Positions 46,101-54,965 of a stretch of 64,000 nucleotides of DNA are shown in pieces (the first letter of the stretch is position 1; every line of letters begins with the position of its first letter). Source of the DNA: Actinomycetota bacterium. GTDB lineage: Bacteria > Actinomycetota > Actinomycetes > Streptosporangiales > Streptosporangiaceae. The position numbers and the translations under genes are program-made. The notes beneath the pieces were generated by a model. That model was not told the origin of the DNA and ran no database searches. It worked only from the letters and a program-made list of their open reading frames with translations. The stretch is from the NCBI GenBank assembly GCA_027314515.1, contig DAHVAR010000238.1, forward strand, positions 6,882-70,881, given 5' to 3'.

Positions 46101-47165
46101 ATGGATTCGCGTACAACCTGGCCGGCGATTCTCGGCGCGCTGATACGGGGCGAGCACCTGACGGCCGACGAGGCAGCCTGGGCCATGAACGAGATCATGG
46201 ACGGCGCGGCAACCCCCGCCCAGATTGCCGGATTCGGCGTGGCGCTGCGGATCAAGGGCGAGACCGCCGGCGAGGTCACCGGCCTTGCCCAGGCGATGCT
46301 CGACCATGCCACGCCGATCTCCATCGGGGGCCGGACGGTCGATCTCGTCGGCACCGGCGGAGACGGTGCGCGCACCGTGAACATCTCCACCATGGGCACG
46401 ATCGCCGCCGCGGCGGCGGGTGCCCGGATGGTCAAGCACGGTAACCGGGCGGCCTCCTCGGCCAGCGGGACCGCCGACGTGCTGGAAGCGCTGGGCGTGG
46501 TCATCGACCTGCCGGCGCCGGCCACCGAGCAACTCGTGGCGGAGATCGGCGCCGGATTCCTGTTCGCGCCGCTTTACCATCCCGCGCTCCGGCACGTGAT
46601 CGTGCCCCGGCGCGAGCTGGGCGTGCCGACGGTCTTCAATGTCCTCGGCCCGGTGGCGAACCCGGCGAGGCCGGCTGCGCAGGCACTTGGCGTGGCTGAC
46701 CCGCGGATGGGCCCGATCCTGGCGGGCGTGCTGGCTGGCCGCGGCTGCACCGCGCTGGTGTTCCATGGCGAGGACGGCCTCGACGAGCTCACCACGACCG
46801 CGCCGTCCACCGTCTGGATCGTGCATGACGGCACGGTCAGCGAGACCACGTTCGAGCCGGCCGATCTCGGCATTCCGCGCTCGGTGCCCGCCGACTTGCT
46901 GGGCGGCGACCCGGCGCACAACGCCGCGGTCGTGCGGGCGTTCCTGTCCGGCAGCCCTGGCCCGGTCCGCGAGACCGCCCTGCTGAACGCGGGCGCCGCG
47001 CTGGCGGCCGAGGCCGGCGTGGCCGGCCCGGAAGTGCTGCGGCGGGCGCTGGCCGACGGCTACGCCAGAGCCGCGGCCGCGGTCGATTCGGGGGCAGCCG
47101 CGGCCCTGCTGGAGCGGTGGGTCAGCGCCAGCCGGCGGCTCGCTGCGTCTCAGGACTCGCTGTAG
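46101..47165 (+). CDS. trpD: Anthranilate phosphoribosyltransferase
   Basis: VDLVGTGGDGARTVNISTMGTIAAAAAG, KHGNRAASSASGTADVLEALG and PTVFNVLGPVANPA are TrpD signatures. Confidence 0.95.
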   Translation: MDSRTTWPAILGALIRGEHLTADEAAWAMNEIMDGAATPAQIAGFGVALRIKGETAGEVTGLAQAMLDHATPISIGGRTVDLVGTGGDGARTVNISTMGTIAAAAAGARMVKHGNRAASSASGTADVLEALGVVIDLPAPATEQLVAEIGAGFLFAPLYHPALRHVIVPRRELGVPTVFNVLGPVANPARPAAQALGVADPRMGPILAGVLAGRGCTALVFHGEDGLDELTTTAPSTVWIVHDGTVSETTFEPADLGIPRSVPADLLGGDPAHNAAVVRAFLSGSPGPVRETALLNAGAALAAEAGVAGPEVLRRALADGYARAAAAVDSGAAAALLERWVSASRRLAASQDSL

Positions 47166-47434
47166 CCGAGCGCGAAGGCGGCCTCGAGATCATGCCGGGA
47201 GTAGGTGCGGAACGCGATATGGGTCTCGGTGTGCGTCACGCCATCGACCTTGTTCAGGGTGCCAGGGATGACGTCGCCGAGTTCGTCGTGACCGCGAACC
47301 CTCACGATGGCGACCAGGTCGAACTCGCCGGTCACTGAGTACACCTCCGTAACGGCCGGGATCTGGGCGATGGCCTCGGCTGTCTCGGGGATGCTGGCCA
47401 CGTCGGCCTTGATGAGAACTATTGCGGTGACCAC
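47150..47434 (-). CDS. Lrp/AsnC ligand-binding (RAM) domain-only protein
   Basis: 94 aa, VVTAIVLIKADVASIPETAEAIAQIPAVTEVYSVTGEFDLVAIVRV, which is a RAM-domain pattern with no HTH. GTG 47434 lies 5 nt after the AGGAGG RBS. The 3' end overlaps the trpD 3' end by 16 nt. Confidence 0.75.
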   Translation of the reverse strand: MVTAIVLIKADVASIPETAEAIAQIPAVTEVYSVTGEFDLVAIVRVRGHDELGDVIPGTLNKVDGVTHTETHIAFRTYSRHDLEAAFALGYSES

Positions 47435-47507
47435 AGCTTCCTCCTGCACCTGGCGGGATCCCGCGCCCCGGCCGCGGCAGTAGCGTACGCCGGGCCGCTG
47501 GTGCGCG

Positions 47508-47582
47508 CCGTCCGGGCCGGCCGTCCGGGCCGGCCGTCCGGGCCCGTCCGGGCCGGCCGTCGGGGCCGGCGGTCGCGGCCGG
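47508..47582. repeat. Intergenic 13-bp tandem repeat, about 6 copies (CCGTCCGGGCCGG)
   Basis: Copies at 47508-20, 47521-33, 47534-43 (short), 47544-56, 47557-69 and 47570-82 (degenerate). It lies between the RAM-protein start and the exonuclease stop. Confidence 0.9.
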
Positions 47583-47642
47583 GCTCGTCGCATCGCCCGC
47601 ATCTGCGCTCGTAGCGGCCGGTGCGCACTGCTGGCAGCCCGG

Positions 47643-48218
47643 CTAGCTCGCGACGCGAAGGAGACGGGACCTGGCCGGCGGGCGCCGGCCAGCGGCGAGG
47701 TCGAGCAGCCCAGCGAGCACGTCCGCAGTCGCCTTGGCGTCCGCCAGTGCGCGGTGGCACGGCGCGGTCCTGGCGGCGAAGAAATCTGCCAGGGTGCCGA
47801 GCCGGCAGTCAGGTACGTCATCAGGGCTCAGCAGCAGCCTTGCCAGGACCGCGGTGTCCAGTACGGCCGCCCGCGGCCAGGCGATCCCGGCGGCTGCGCA
47901 GGCGGCCGTGAGGAACCCGATGTCAAAGGGAGCGTTGTGCGCGACCAGCACGCAGTCACCGGCGAATGCGAGGAACGCGCGCAGCGTCGGTGCGGCCAGC
48001 GGAGCCCTGCCGACCATGGCGTCGGTGATCCCGGTCAGCGCGGTGATGTCGGCCGGAATGGGGCCGGCCGGGCGGACCAGCGACGAGAACTCGCCCGTGA
48101 GCCGGCCGCCGGTCAGCCGCACGGCGCCGATCTCGGTGAGCTCTGCCTGCTCATGGAGCCAGCCCGTGGTCTCGACGTCAACCACCACCAGGGTGAGCTC
48201 TGCCAGAACTCCGGTCAC
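47643..48218 (-). CDS. DnaQ-like 3'-5' exonuclease (DEDDh family)
   Basis: Exo I motif VVVDVETTG, VAHNAPFDIGFL (Exo II) and HRALADA (Exo III with His); 191 aa. Confidence 0.8.
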   Translation of the reverse strand: MTGVLAELTLVVVDVETTGWLHEQAELTEIGAVRLTGGRLTGEFSSLVRPAGPIPADITALTGITDAMVGRAPLAAPTLRAFLAFAGDCVLVAHNAPFDIGFLTAACAAAGIAWPRAAVLDTAVLARLLLSPDDVPDCRLGTLADFFAARTAPCHRALADAKATADVLAGLLDLAAGRRPPARSRLLRVAS

Positions 48219-48345
48219 GATGTCACGCTAGGACCCGGTGCCGACAGTCCGGCATCAGGCGCGCCGGGCGGGCGCAGGCGGGCGCCGGGCGGCTGCCGTG
48301 GGCGGGTGCGCGGGAAAGGACACGGCGGGAGAGTGTGCGAAGCGG

Positions 48346-48375
48346 TTGAATCCACCATCGCACCACTACTAGGGT
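48346..48375 (+). promoter_or_regulatory. Sigma-70/HrdB-type promoter candidate driving the riboswitch leader
   Basis: TTGAAT (48346-48351), an 18-nt spacer, then TAGGGT (48370-48375). It sits just upstream of the riboswitch-like element. Confidence 0.5.
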
Positions 48376-48390
48376 CATGCAGCGAGCCGT

Positions 48391-48600
48391 ATCGCTTAGC
48401 AGCCGCCATTCGGCGGCGGCGACCGGCCGTGCAGCCGAATCTCCGTTCGCCGGCCAGGCGGCCGGCTGGAGAACCGGGGACCCATCAGGTGGAGCGCGCA
48501 GGTGCGCCGCCCGCCAGGGGTGAATCGGCCCGGACCCGAGCCGGGCAGTAGGGCAGCCTTCCACAGCCCGAACCCGTCAGCTGACCCGGTAGGCGAAAGT
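48391..48600 (+). promoter_or_regulatory. ydaO-yuaA type (cyclic-di-AMP) riboswitch candidate in the 5' leader of the NlpC/P60 gene
   Basis: In order: ATCGCTTAGC, GGGGACCCATCAGG, CCAGGGGTGAATCGG, GCAGTAGGGCAG, CCCGAACCCGTCAGCTGACCCGGTAGGCG. These match the conserved blocks of the ydaO motif as I remember them. The 5' CGCTTA can pair with the 3' TAGGCG (P1). The boundaries are approximate. Confidence 0.75.
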
Positions 48601-48623
48601 GGAAGAAGGAGCGTGTCGCGCAG

Positions 48624-49661
48624 GTGCATACGCCGCCGTCAGTTCGAAGGATCGTCAGGCAACGTGCCGCGGCTGTCACCGTCGCGGTCTTCGCCGCCGG
48701 GCTGCTCTTGGGCGTGACGGGCAGCGCCGGGGCGGCACCGGCGCCGACGGTCAGCCAGGTGCAGGCCAGACTCAAGTCACTGCAGTTCAGGGCTGACCAG
48801 CTCGACCAGCAGTACGCTCAGGTCAAGCAGCAGCTCCAGGCCACCGATCAGGAACTGGGCCTGGTCGACAGGGAGATTGCGGCCGACTCCACCCGGTTCG
48901 CCGCGATGCGCGCGCAGATCAGCCGGATCGCGGTGGCAGACTACGAGGACGGCGGCCTCAACTCCTCGATTGCCTTGCTCACGTCGGGCAACCCGCAGCA
49001 GATCCTGGACCAGTCGTCAATCCTGCTGGAACTGTCGAACAGCAGCAACGCCCAGATCGAGCAGTTCCTCGCGGCCACCCGGCAGCTCACCAGCACCCAG
49101 CTGCTCGCGCAGCGAACCAAGGCCGGCATCGTCGAGCTCAAGAACAGCCTGGCCAAGCGCAGGGCGCAGATGAACAAGCTGGTGAACAACGAGACGACGC
49201 TGCTCAACCAGCTCAGCCCGGCGCAGCAGGTTGGGCTCGGCCCGGGCGGCGGCCAGACCGGCTTCAAGTACAAGGGCCCGCTCACGACGCAGGCAGAGAA
49301 GGCAGTCGCGTACGCCTACGCGCAGATCGGCTGCCCGTACGCCTGGGGTGGCACCGGCCCGTGCGCGGCCGGCTTCGACTGCTCCGGCCTGACCATGGAG
49401 GCCTGGGCTCACGCCGGCGTGTCGATCCCGCGGACCAGCTACGCACAGGAAGCCGGGCTTCCCCAGGTCGACTTGGTGTCTGGAAACGTCACAAAGTATC
49501 TACAATTGGGCGACATCCTAGGCTTCGCCGGAAACAGTCACGTCGGTATTTACGTCGGCGGCGGCAAGCTCATCGATTCGCCGCACACCGGAGCGTACGT
49601 CGAGCTCATCCCGCTGCAAGGCTGGTATCTGCAGAACCTCGACGAAGCCGTCCGGCCGTAG
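48624..49661 (+). CDS. NlpC/P60 (C40) peptidoglycan endopeptidase with an N-terminal coiled coil (RipA/RipC-like)
   Basis: Signal peptide, a long Gln/Leu-rich coiled coil, and a C-terminal catalytic domain (YAWGGTGP..FDCSGL...GNSHVGIYVGGGKLIDSPHTG). Confidence 0.9.
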   Translation: MHTPPSVRRIVRQRAAAVTVAVFAAGLLLGVTGSAGAAPAPTVSQVQARLKSLQFRADQLDQQYAQVKQQLQATDQELGLVDREIAADSTRFAAMRAQISRIAVADYEDGGLNSSIALLTSGNPQQILDQSSILLELSNSSNAQIEQFLAATRQLTSTQLLAQRTKAGIVELKNSLAKRRAQMNKLVNNETTLLNQLSPAQQVGLGPGGGQTGFKYKGPLTTQAEKAVAYAYAQIGCPYAWGGTGPCAAGFDCSGLTMEAWAHAGVSIPRTSYAQEAGLPQVDLVSGNVTKYLQLGDILGFAGNSHVGIYVGGGKLIDSPHTGAYVELIPLQGWYLQNLDEAVRP

Positions 49662-49705
49662 CGGCCAGCCGGGCCAGCCACCGCGCAGTGACGGGCACCT
49701 GCCTG

Positions 49706-49743
49706 CCTGACCGCGGCGCGTCCGGGCGCCGCGTATGATCAGG
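49706..49743 (+). terminator. Hairpin terminator candidate after the NlpC/P60 gene
   Basis: CGCGGCGC (49712-49719) pairs with GCGCCGCG (49726-49733), extended by CCTGA (49706-10) pairing with TCAGG (49739-43). There is no clear U-tract. Confidence 0.45.
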
Positions 49744-49926
49744 GTCCGCCAGTTCGGGCATCCATGCGCGGCGGCGCCCGGTGGTGCCCTGGTCCGGCTG
49801 ACCGGGCCAAGCGGCACCGGCTCAGCTGACAGGGCGTGGATGGCAGTCCGGTGATTCCAACCCCGATGATGTCGGCCCAGATGAGTGATGATGTCGGCCC
49901 GATGAGCACGACGTGAGCGCGGCCAG

Positions 49927-51084
49927 ATGAGCAAGGTGCTGATCGTCACCAACGACTTTCCGCCGCGGCGCGGCGGGATTCAGTCATTCGTGCACTCGCT
50001 GTCGACCCGGCTCCCATCTGATGGGGTCGTGGTCTACGCTCCGGCCTGGGCAGGTGCCGCCGAGTTCGATGCCAGGCAGCCGTTCCCGGTCATCAGGCAC
50101 CCGGGGTCGCTGATGCTGCCGCTGCGGTCGGTAGGCGAACGGGCCTGCGCGCTGCTTGCCGAGCACGGTTGCGACACGGTGCTGTTCGGGGCCGCCGCGC
50201 CGCTCGGGCTGCTGGCGCCGCGGCTGCGCCGGGCGGGCGCGAAGCGGATCGTCGGGATCACGCACGGGCACGAGGCTGGCTGGGCGGCCCTGCCGGGGGC
50301 CAGGTCGCTGCTGCGCCGGATCGGCGACGACGTCGACGTCCTTACCTACCTGGCCGAGTACTTCAGGATCCGGCTGGCCAGGGCGCTGTCGGTCGAGGCG
50401 GCTGGCAGGATGGCGAAGCTCGCGCCCGGCGTCGATCCGGTCGTGTTCTCACCCGGTGCCGGGGGCGCCCGGATCCGCGGCGAGCTTGGCATCGCGCCAG
50501 ACCGCCCGGTGGTTGTCTGCGTGTCCCGGATGGTGCCGCGTAAGGGCCAGGACACCCTGATCAGGGCGTGGCCAGCGGTCCGTGCCGCGGCAACGGGCGA
50601 CCCGTTGCTGCTGCTGGTGGGCGACGGGCCGTACCGGCCGCAGCTTGACCGGCTGGTCGCCGCGACCAAGGTTGCCGGCTCCGTGCTCTTCACCGGCCCG
50701 GTGAGCTGGGATGACCTGCCCGCGTATTACGCCGTGGGCAACATATTCGCGATGCCGTGCCGGACGCGGCGGGCCGGGCTGGACGTCGAGGGTCTCGGCA
50801 TCGTCTACCTCGAAGCCTCCGCGACCGGGCTGCCCGTCGTCGGCGGCGACTCGGGCGGTGCCCCCGACGCCGTCCTGGACGGCGAGACTGGCTACGTGGT
50901 CTCCGGCCGGAATGCCGGCATGCTGGCCGAGCGGCTGATCCAACTGCTGGCTGATCCGGCCGGCGCCGCGGCGATGGGGGAGAAGGGCAAGGCCTGGATC
51001 GATCGCGAGTGGACGTGGGACTTGGTGGCCGAGCGCTTGCAGAAGATCCTCGCGGGGCCACCCTCCGCCCCTCGCGGCGATTAA
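49927..51084 (+). CDS. GT4-family glycosyltransferase (PimB-like mannosyltransferase by context)
   Basis: MSKVLIVTNDFPPRRGGIQSF start and the C-terminal E-x7-E region (GLGIVYLEASATGLPVVGGDSGGAPDAV). Its position matches Rv2188c as I recall it. Confidence 0.8.
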   Translation: MSKVLIVTNDFPPRRGGIQSFVHSLSTRLPSDGVVVYAPAWAGAAEFDARQPFPVIRHPGSLMLPLRSVGERACALLAEHGCDTVLFGAAAPLGLLAPRLRRAGAKRIVGITHGHEAGWAALPGARSLLRRIGDDVDVLTYLAEYFRIRLARALSVEAAGRMAKLAPGVDPVVFSPGAGGARIRGELGIAPDRPVVVCVSRMVPRKGQDTLIRAWPAVRAAATGDPLLLLVGDGPYRPQLDRLVAATKVAGSVLFTGPVSWDDLPAYYAVGNIFAMPCRTRRAGLDVEGLGIVYLEASATGLPVVGGDSGGAPDAVLDGETGYVVSGRNAGMLAERLIQLLADPAGAAAMGEKGKAWIDREWTWDLVAERLQKILAGPPSAPRGD

Positions 51085-51216
51085 TCCGTTTTGCGACATC
51101 CTCGCTGAACGTAGCACGCCAAACGTGCGCACGATATCCGATATACCAGTACATAAGATCCGCAACTGGTGTCAGTTTCCCGTGCTATGTCGGTAGGGGA
51201 CGGCATCCTGGACCGC

Positions 51217-52173
51217 ATGACGCGTAGCGATTTGCCAGAAACAGGACGACTAGCGAATATTGCGACGCTGGCTGAGCTCATCGCCGCCGGGATCTCGGCC
51301 AGGCAGGTCAGTACCAGGGTCGGCCGGGGCGAGCTGATCCGGCTCGGTCACGGCATCTACGCGCCGGCGGACCGCGTCAGTTCGGTCACAGCGACCGGAC
51401 GCGGCGCGCTGGCCCTGCGCGCGGCTGCCGCCCTCGTCCCGCTCGGGCCGCAGGCCGCGGCCAGCCACCACACCGCTGCCGGGCTTCTCGGCATTGACCT
51501 TCTGGGCCGGGTTCCGCCGGGAATCGCGATCACTCGGGTTCCCGGCAGCGGCAGCCGCACGAGCCGGCCGGGCGTCCGTGTGCATAACGCCGCGCTGCCG
51601 GGCGGGCAGACTGGCCGTAGCGACGGCGTGCCGGTGACGACCGCGGCCAGGACGGTGCTGGACCTGGCACGGAGTTCGTCGTTCAGGGCCGGCGTGGTCG
51701 CCGCTGATTCCGCGCTGCGCCTTCGGCGCACGACCAAGAGCGAGCTTTACGCGGTCGCCGCCAGTTGCCACCGCTGGCCCGGCCTGCAGCGCGCGGCCGC
51801 GGTCGTGCGGTTCGCCGACGCCCTGGCGGAGTCGCCGCTGGAGTCCATCGCGCGGGTGGCATTCCGGGACTGCGGACTGCCGCCACCGCAACTCCAGGCG
51901 TCACTGGGCGCTGGCGGTCGGGTGATCGCGCGGGTGGACTTCTACTGGGAGCAGTTCCTTACCGTCGCCGAGGCGGACGGGGAACTGAAGTACGACAACC
52001 GCTTCGAGGCGACCTACCAGCTGCGCCGGGATGCGGCTCTGCGGGACGCGGGCTTCGAGGTCGTGCATTTCGGCTGGCACGACATCTGGGACAGCCCGGC
52101 TCAGGTAGCCGCCTCGATACGGGCAGCGTTCCGCCGCCGAACCGCTAGCCGGCCGGCGGCTAAGCCCGGCTGA
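51217..52173 (+). CDS. AbiEi-type wHTH N-terminal domain fused to a DUF559/Vsr-like PD-(D/E)xK nuclease-fold domain
   Basis: N-terminus TLAELIAAGISARQVSTRVGRGELIRLGHGIYA (AbiEi_4-like). C-terminus ESPLESIARVAF...RVDFYWEQFLTVAEADGELKY...RDAALRDAGFEVVHF (DUF559-like). The start is uncertain among GTG 51169, ATG 51187 and ATG 51217. Confidence 0.7.
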   Translation: MTRSDLPETGRLANIATLAELIAAGISARQVSTRVGRGELIRLGHGIYAPADRVSSVTATGRGALALRAAAALVPLGPQAAASHHTAAGLLGIDLLGRVPPGIAITRVPGSGSRTSRPGVRVHNAALPGGQTGRSDGVPVTTAARTVLDLARSSSFRAGVVAADSALRLRRTTKSELYAVAASCHRWPGLQRAAAVVRFADALAESPLESIARVAFRDCGLPPPQLQASLGAGGRVIARVDFYWEQFLTVAEADGELKYDNRFEATYQLRRDAALRDAGFEVVHFGWHDIWDSPAQVAASIRAAFRRRTASRPAAKPG

Positions 52174-52182
52174 CGAGCTTTC

Positions 52183-52210
52183 GTGCTCGCCAGGCCGTGC
52201 TCGCCAGGCC
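52183..52210. repeat. Two tandem copies of a 14-bp unit (GTGCTCGCCAGGCC) in a convergent intergenic gap
   Basis: Copies at 52183-52196 and 52197-52210 are identical, followed by a related GCGCTGGCCGCTC. Confidence 0.9.
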
Positions 52211-52221
52211 GCGCTGGCCGC

Positions 52222-54027
52222 TCACCGCTCTTGCCGGTACAGCGCCTCGATGTCGGCCGCGAAATCCTTGGCCACCAGCGCTCGCTTCACTTTGAGCGAC
52301 GGTGTGATGTAGTCATTGTCGGTCGTGAAGTCCACCGGCAAGATCGTGAACTTGCGGATTGACTCGGCCCTGGAGACCGCCTTGTTGGCGTCGTCGACAG
52401 CGGCCTGGATCTCAGCGAGCAGGCCGGGGTCGTTAGCCAGGTCCGCCACTGTCGCGCCGGCGGGCTTGCCATGCTGCTTCTTCCAGTGGTCGAGTGACTC
52501 CGGGTCCAGCGTGATCAGGCATGCGATGAATGGCCTGTTGTCGCCGACGACCATGCACTGACTGATCAGCGGGTGCGCTCGCAGCCGGTCTTCGAGCACG
52601 GCTGGCGCCACGTTCTTTCCGCCCGCGGTGACGATCAGTTCCTTCTTCCGCCCGGTCACCCGCAGGAAGCCCTCGTCGTCGAGGGAGCCCAGGTCGCCGG
52701 TATGCAGCCAGCCCTCGCCGTCTACCGTCTCGGTGGTCGCTGTCTCGTTACGCCAGTACCGGGTGAAGATGATCCCGCCGCGCAGCAGTATCTCGTCGTC
52801 ATCGGCGATCCGGACAGTGACGCCCGGCAGCGGCTGGCCGACGGTGCCGACCTTGTTCCTGCGGGGCCGGTTCACTGTGGCCGCTGCCGAGGTCTCGGTC
52901 ATGCCGTACCCCTCCAGCACGGTGATCCCGGCGCCGCGGAAGAAATGGCCGAGCCGGTCGCCGAGCGGGGCACCGCCCGAGACTGCGTACTGGACGCGAC
53001 CGCCCACCGCGGCCCGCAGCTTGCCGTAGACGAGGTGATCGAACAGCGCGTGCCGTAGCCGCAGTCCCGCGCCCGGACGGCCCGCAGTCAGGGCCTGGCT
53101 GTAGTCGACAGCGGTTCCCGCGGCGGCGGCGAATATCTTGCTCTTGGCCGGGCTCGCCGCGGCCTGCTGCCGGGCGGCGTTATAGACCTTCTCGAACACC
53201 CGCGGTACCGCGAGCAGGAAGCTCGGCTGGAACTCGCGCAGCCCGTCGGCCACGGTTGCGGTGTCCTCCCAGTGACCGAGGATGGCGCCCGATTCCAGGC
53301 AGCCGATCTGGATGATCCTCGCGAAGACATGAGCGAGCGGCATGAACAGCAGGGTCGAGTCACCCGTGGTCTCGAACAGCTCCGGCAGCGCCCCGTGCAC
53401 GGCGTTGCGGACCGCGGACAGCAGGTTCCGGTGGGTGAGCTCGCAGCCTTTGGGCCGGCCGGTCGTGCCCGAGGTGTAGATGATGGTGGCCAGGTCGCCG
53501 GCTCGCCGGCTGGCCCGGTGCTCGTGCAGCTGGTCATCGGTGACGCTGGCGCTGGTGGCGGCGAGGTCGTCCAGGGCCCCGATCCGCCACAGGTGGCCGA
53601 GATCGGGCAACCGGTCCTTCAGCCCGGAGATGATGCCGGCGTGCTTGTCCGTCTCGGCAATGGCCGCCTTCGCGCCGCTGTCGCCGAGGATCCACTCCAC
53701 CTGTTCGGCGGATGATGTCTCGTAAACCGGAACGGTCACCGCCCCGGCAGCCCAGATCGCGTAGTCGGCGAGCGTCCACTCATACCGCGTCGCGGACATC
53801 AGCGCCACCCGGTCACCGGGCTCGATGCCCGCTGCTATCAGGGCTTTTGCCAGCCCGGACACCTCGGCACGGAACTGCCCGGCGGTGACATCCAGCCACT
53901 GTCCGCCGGCGGAGCGCCTGCGGAGCACAACGTCATTGGCGTCCGCGGCAGCCCTGCTGAAGACCACATCGGCCAGGCCTGTGTCCTCAGGGACCTCGAT
54001 GAGGGCAGGGATACCAAGTTCAAGCAC
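52222..54027 (-). CDS. Long-chain fatty acid-CoA ligase (AMP-dependent synthetase, FadD15-like)
   Basis: AMP-binding motif IIYTSGTTGRPKGCELTH, then EGYGMTE, GWLHTGDLG and TAGGKNVAP motifs; 601 aa. Confidence 0.85.
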   Translation of the reverse strand: MLELGIPALIEVPEDTGLADVVFSRAAADANDVVLRRRSAGGQWLDVTAGQFRAEVSGLAKALIAAGIEPGDRVALMSATRYEWTLADYAIWAAGAVTVPVYETSSAEQVEWILGDSGAKAAIAETDKHAGIISGLKDRLPDLGHLWRIGALDDLAATSASVTDDQLHEHRASRRAGDLATIIYTSGTTGRPKGCELTHRNLLSAVRNAVHGALPELFETTGDSTLLFMPLAHVFARIIQIGCLESGAILGHWEDTATVADGLREFQPSFLLAVPRVFEKVYNAARQQAAASPAKSKIFAAAAGTAVDYSQALTAGRPGAGLRLRHALFDHLVYGKLRAAVGGRVQYAVSGGAPLGDRLGHFFRGAGITVLEGYGMTETSAAATVNRPRRNKVGTVGQPLPGVTVRIADDDEILLRGGIIFTRYWRNETATTETVDGEGWLHTGDLGSLDDEGFLRVTGRKKELIVTAGGKNVAPAVLEDRLRAHPLISQCMVVGDNRPFIACLITLDPESLDHWKKQHGKPAGATVADLANDPGLLAEIQAAVDDANKAVSRAESIRKFTILPVDFTTDNDYITPSLKVKRALVAKDFAADIEALYRQER

Positions 54028-54141
54028 TGACCCTCCACTAGCGCGTTTCCATCGTGGTGATGTGGACGTTACCCCGCTGGCGGGCCGACGGCGCCTTCGG
54101 GTTGGCTAGGCCCTGGCGCCGGACTTGCCTACTGTAAGTGC

Positions 54142-54912
54142 ATGCGGGTGCACGTGGTGAGCGACGTACATGGCCGGACCGAAGCACTGCGGACAGCCGG
54201 AGCTGACGCCGACGCCCTGATCTGCCTGGGCGACCTGTTGCTGTTTATCGACTACGCGGACCACAGCCAAGGCATATTTCCCGATCTGTTCGGCGCCGAG
54301 CAGGCGCGGCGGCTGGTCGAGCTGCGCACGGACGGCCGGTTCGACGAAGCCCGGCAGATGTCGGGTGCGCTGTGGGCGAAGCTGGGCGGCGACCCGCGCG
54401 AGCACCTCGAGGCGGCGGTCTGCAGGCAGTACGCGGAGCTGTTCTCGGCCATGCCGGTACCGTCCTACCTGACCTACGGCAACGTAGACCTGCCCAAGTT
54501 CTGGCCCGAGCATATCCGGCCTGGTCAGCACATCCTGGACGGCGAGCGGGTCGAACTCGACGGCTGGACGTTCGGTTTCGTCGGCGGCGGCCTGCGGACC
54601 AGTTACCGGACGCCGAACGAGCTCGACGACCACGTGTTCGCCGCCAAGGTGGCGGCAGTCGGCGCGGTCGACGTGCTGTGCTCCCACATCCCGCCCGCTG
54701 TGCCTGAGCTGCTCTATGACACCGTTGCGCGCCGGATGGAGCGGGGGAGCGAGGCGCTGCTGGCGGCGATCGGCCGGACCAGACCGCGTTACCTGCTGTT
54801 CGGCCATGTGCACCAGCCGCTGCAGAGCCGGGTCCGCATCGGCGACACCGAGTGCATCAACGTCGGCCACTTCCGGGCCAGGGGGCTGCCGTACGTGCTG
54901 CAGTGGGGTTAG
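54142..54912 (+). CDS. Metallophosphoesterase family protein
   Basis: MRVHVVSDVHGR, LICLGDLL, YGNVD and FGHVH motifs of the calcineurin-like phosphoesterase fold. Confidence 0.75.
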   Translation: MRVHVVSDVHGRTEALRTAGADADALICLGDLLLFIDYADHSQGIFPDLFGAEQARRLVELRTDGRFDEARQMSGALWAKLGGDPREHLEAAVCRQYAELFSAMPVPSYLTYGNVDLPKFWPEHIRPGQHILDGERVELDGWTFGFVGGGLRTSYRTPNELDDHVFAAKVAAVGAVDVLCSHIPPAVPELLYDTVARRMERGSEALLAAIGRTRPRYLLFGHVHQPLQSRVRIGDTECINVGHFRARGLPYVLQWG

Positions 54913-54965
54913 CGGCAGGGCTGCCCGGTCGGGTCTGAGCAGGTTCTGGAGGTACGCTCCGAGTC

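Noticed and set aside
51085-52215. A mobile genetic element carrying the AbiEi-DUF559 gene
   Set aside because: I could find no integrase or transposase, no terminal inverted repeats and no target-site duplication. I describe it only as an insertion relative to the remembered synteny.
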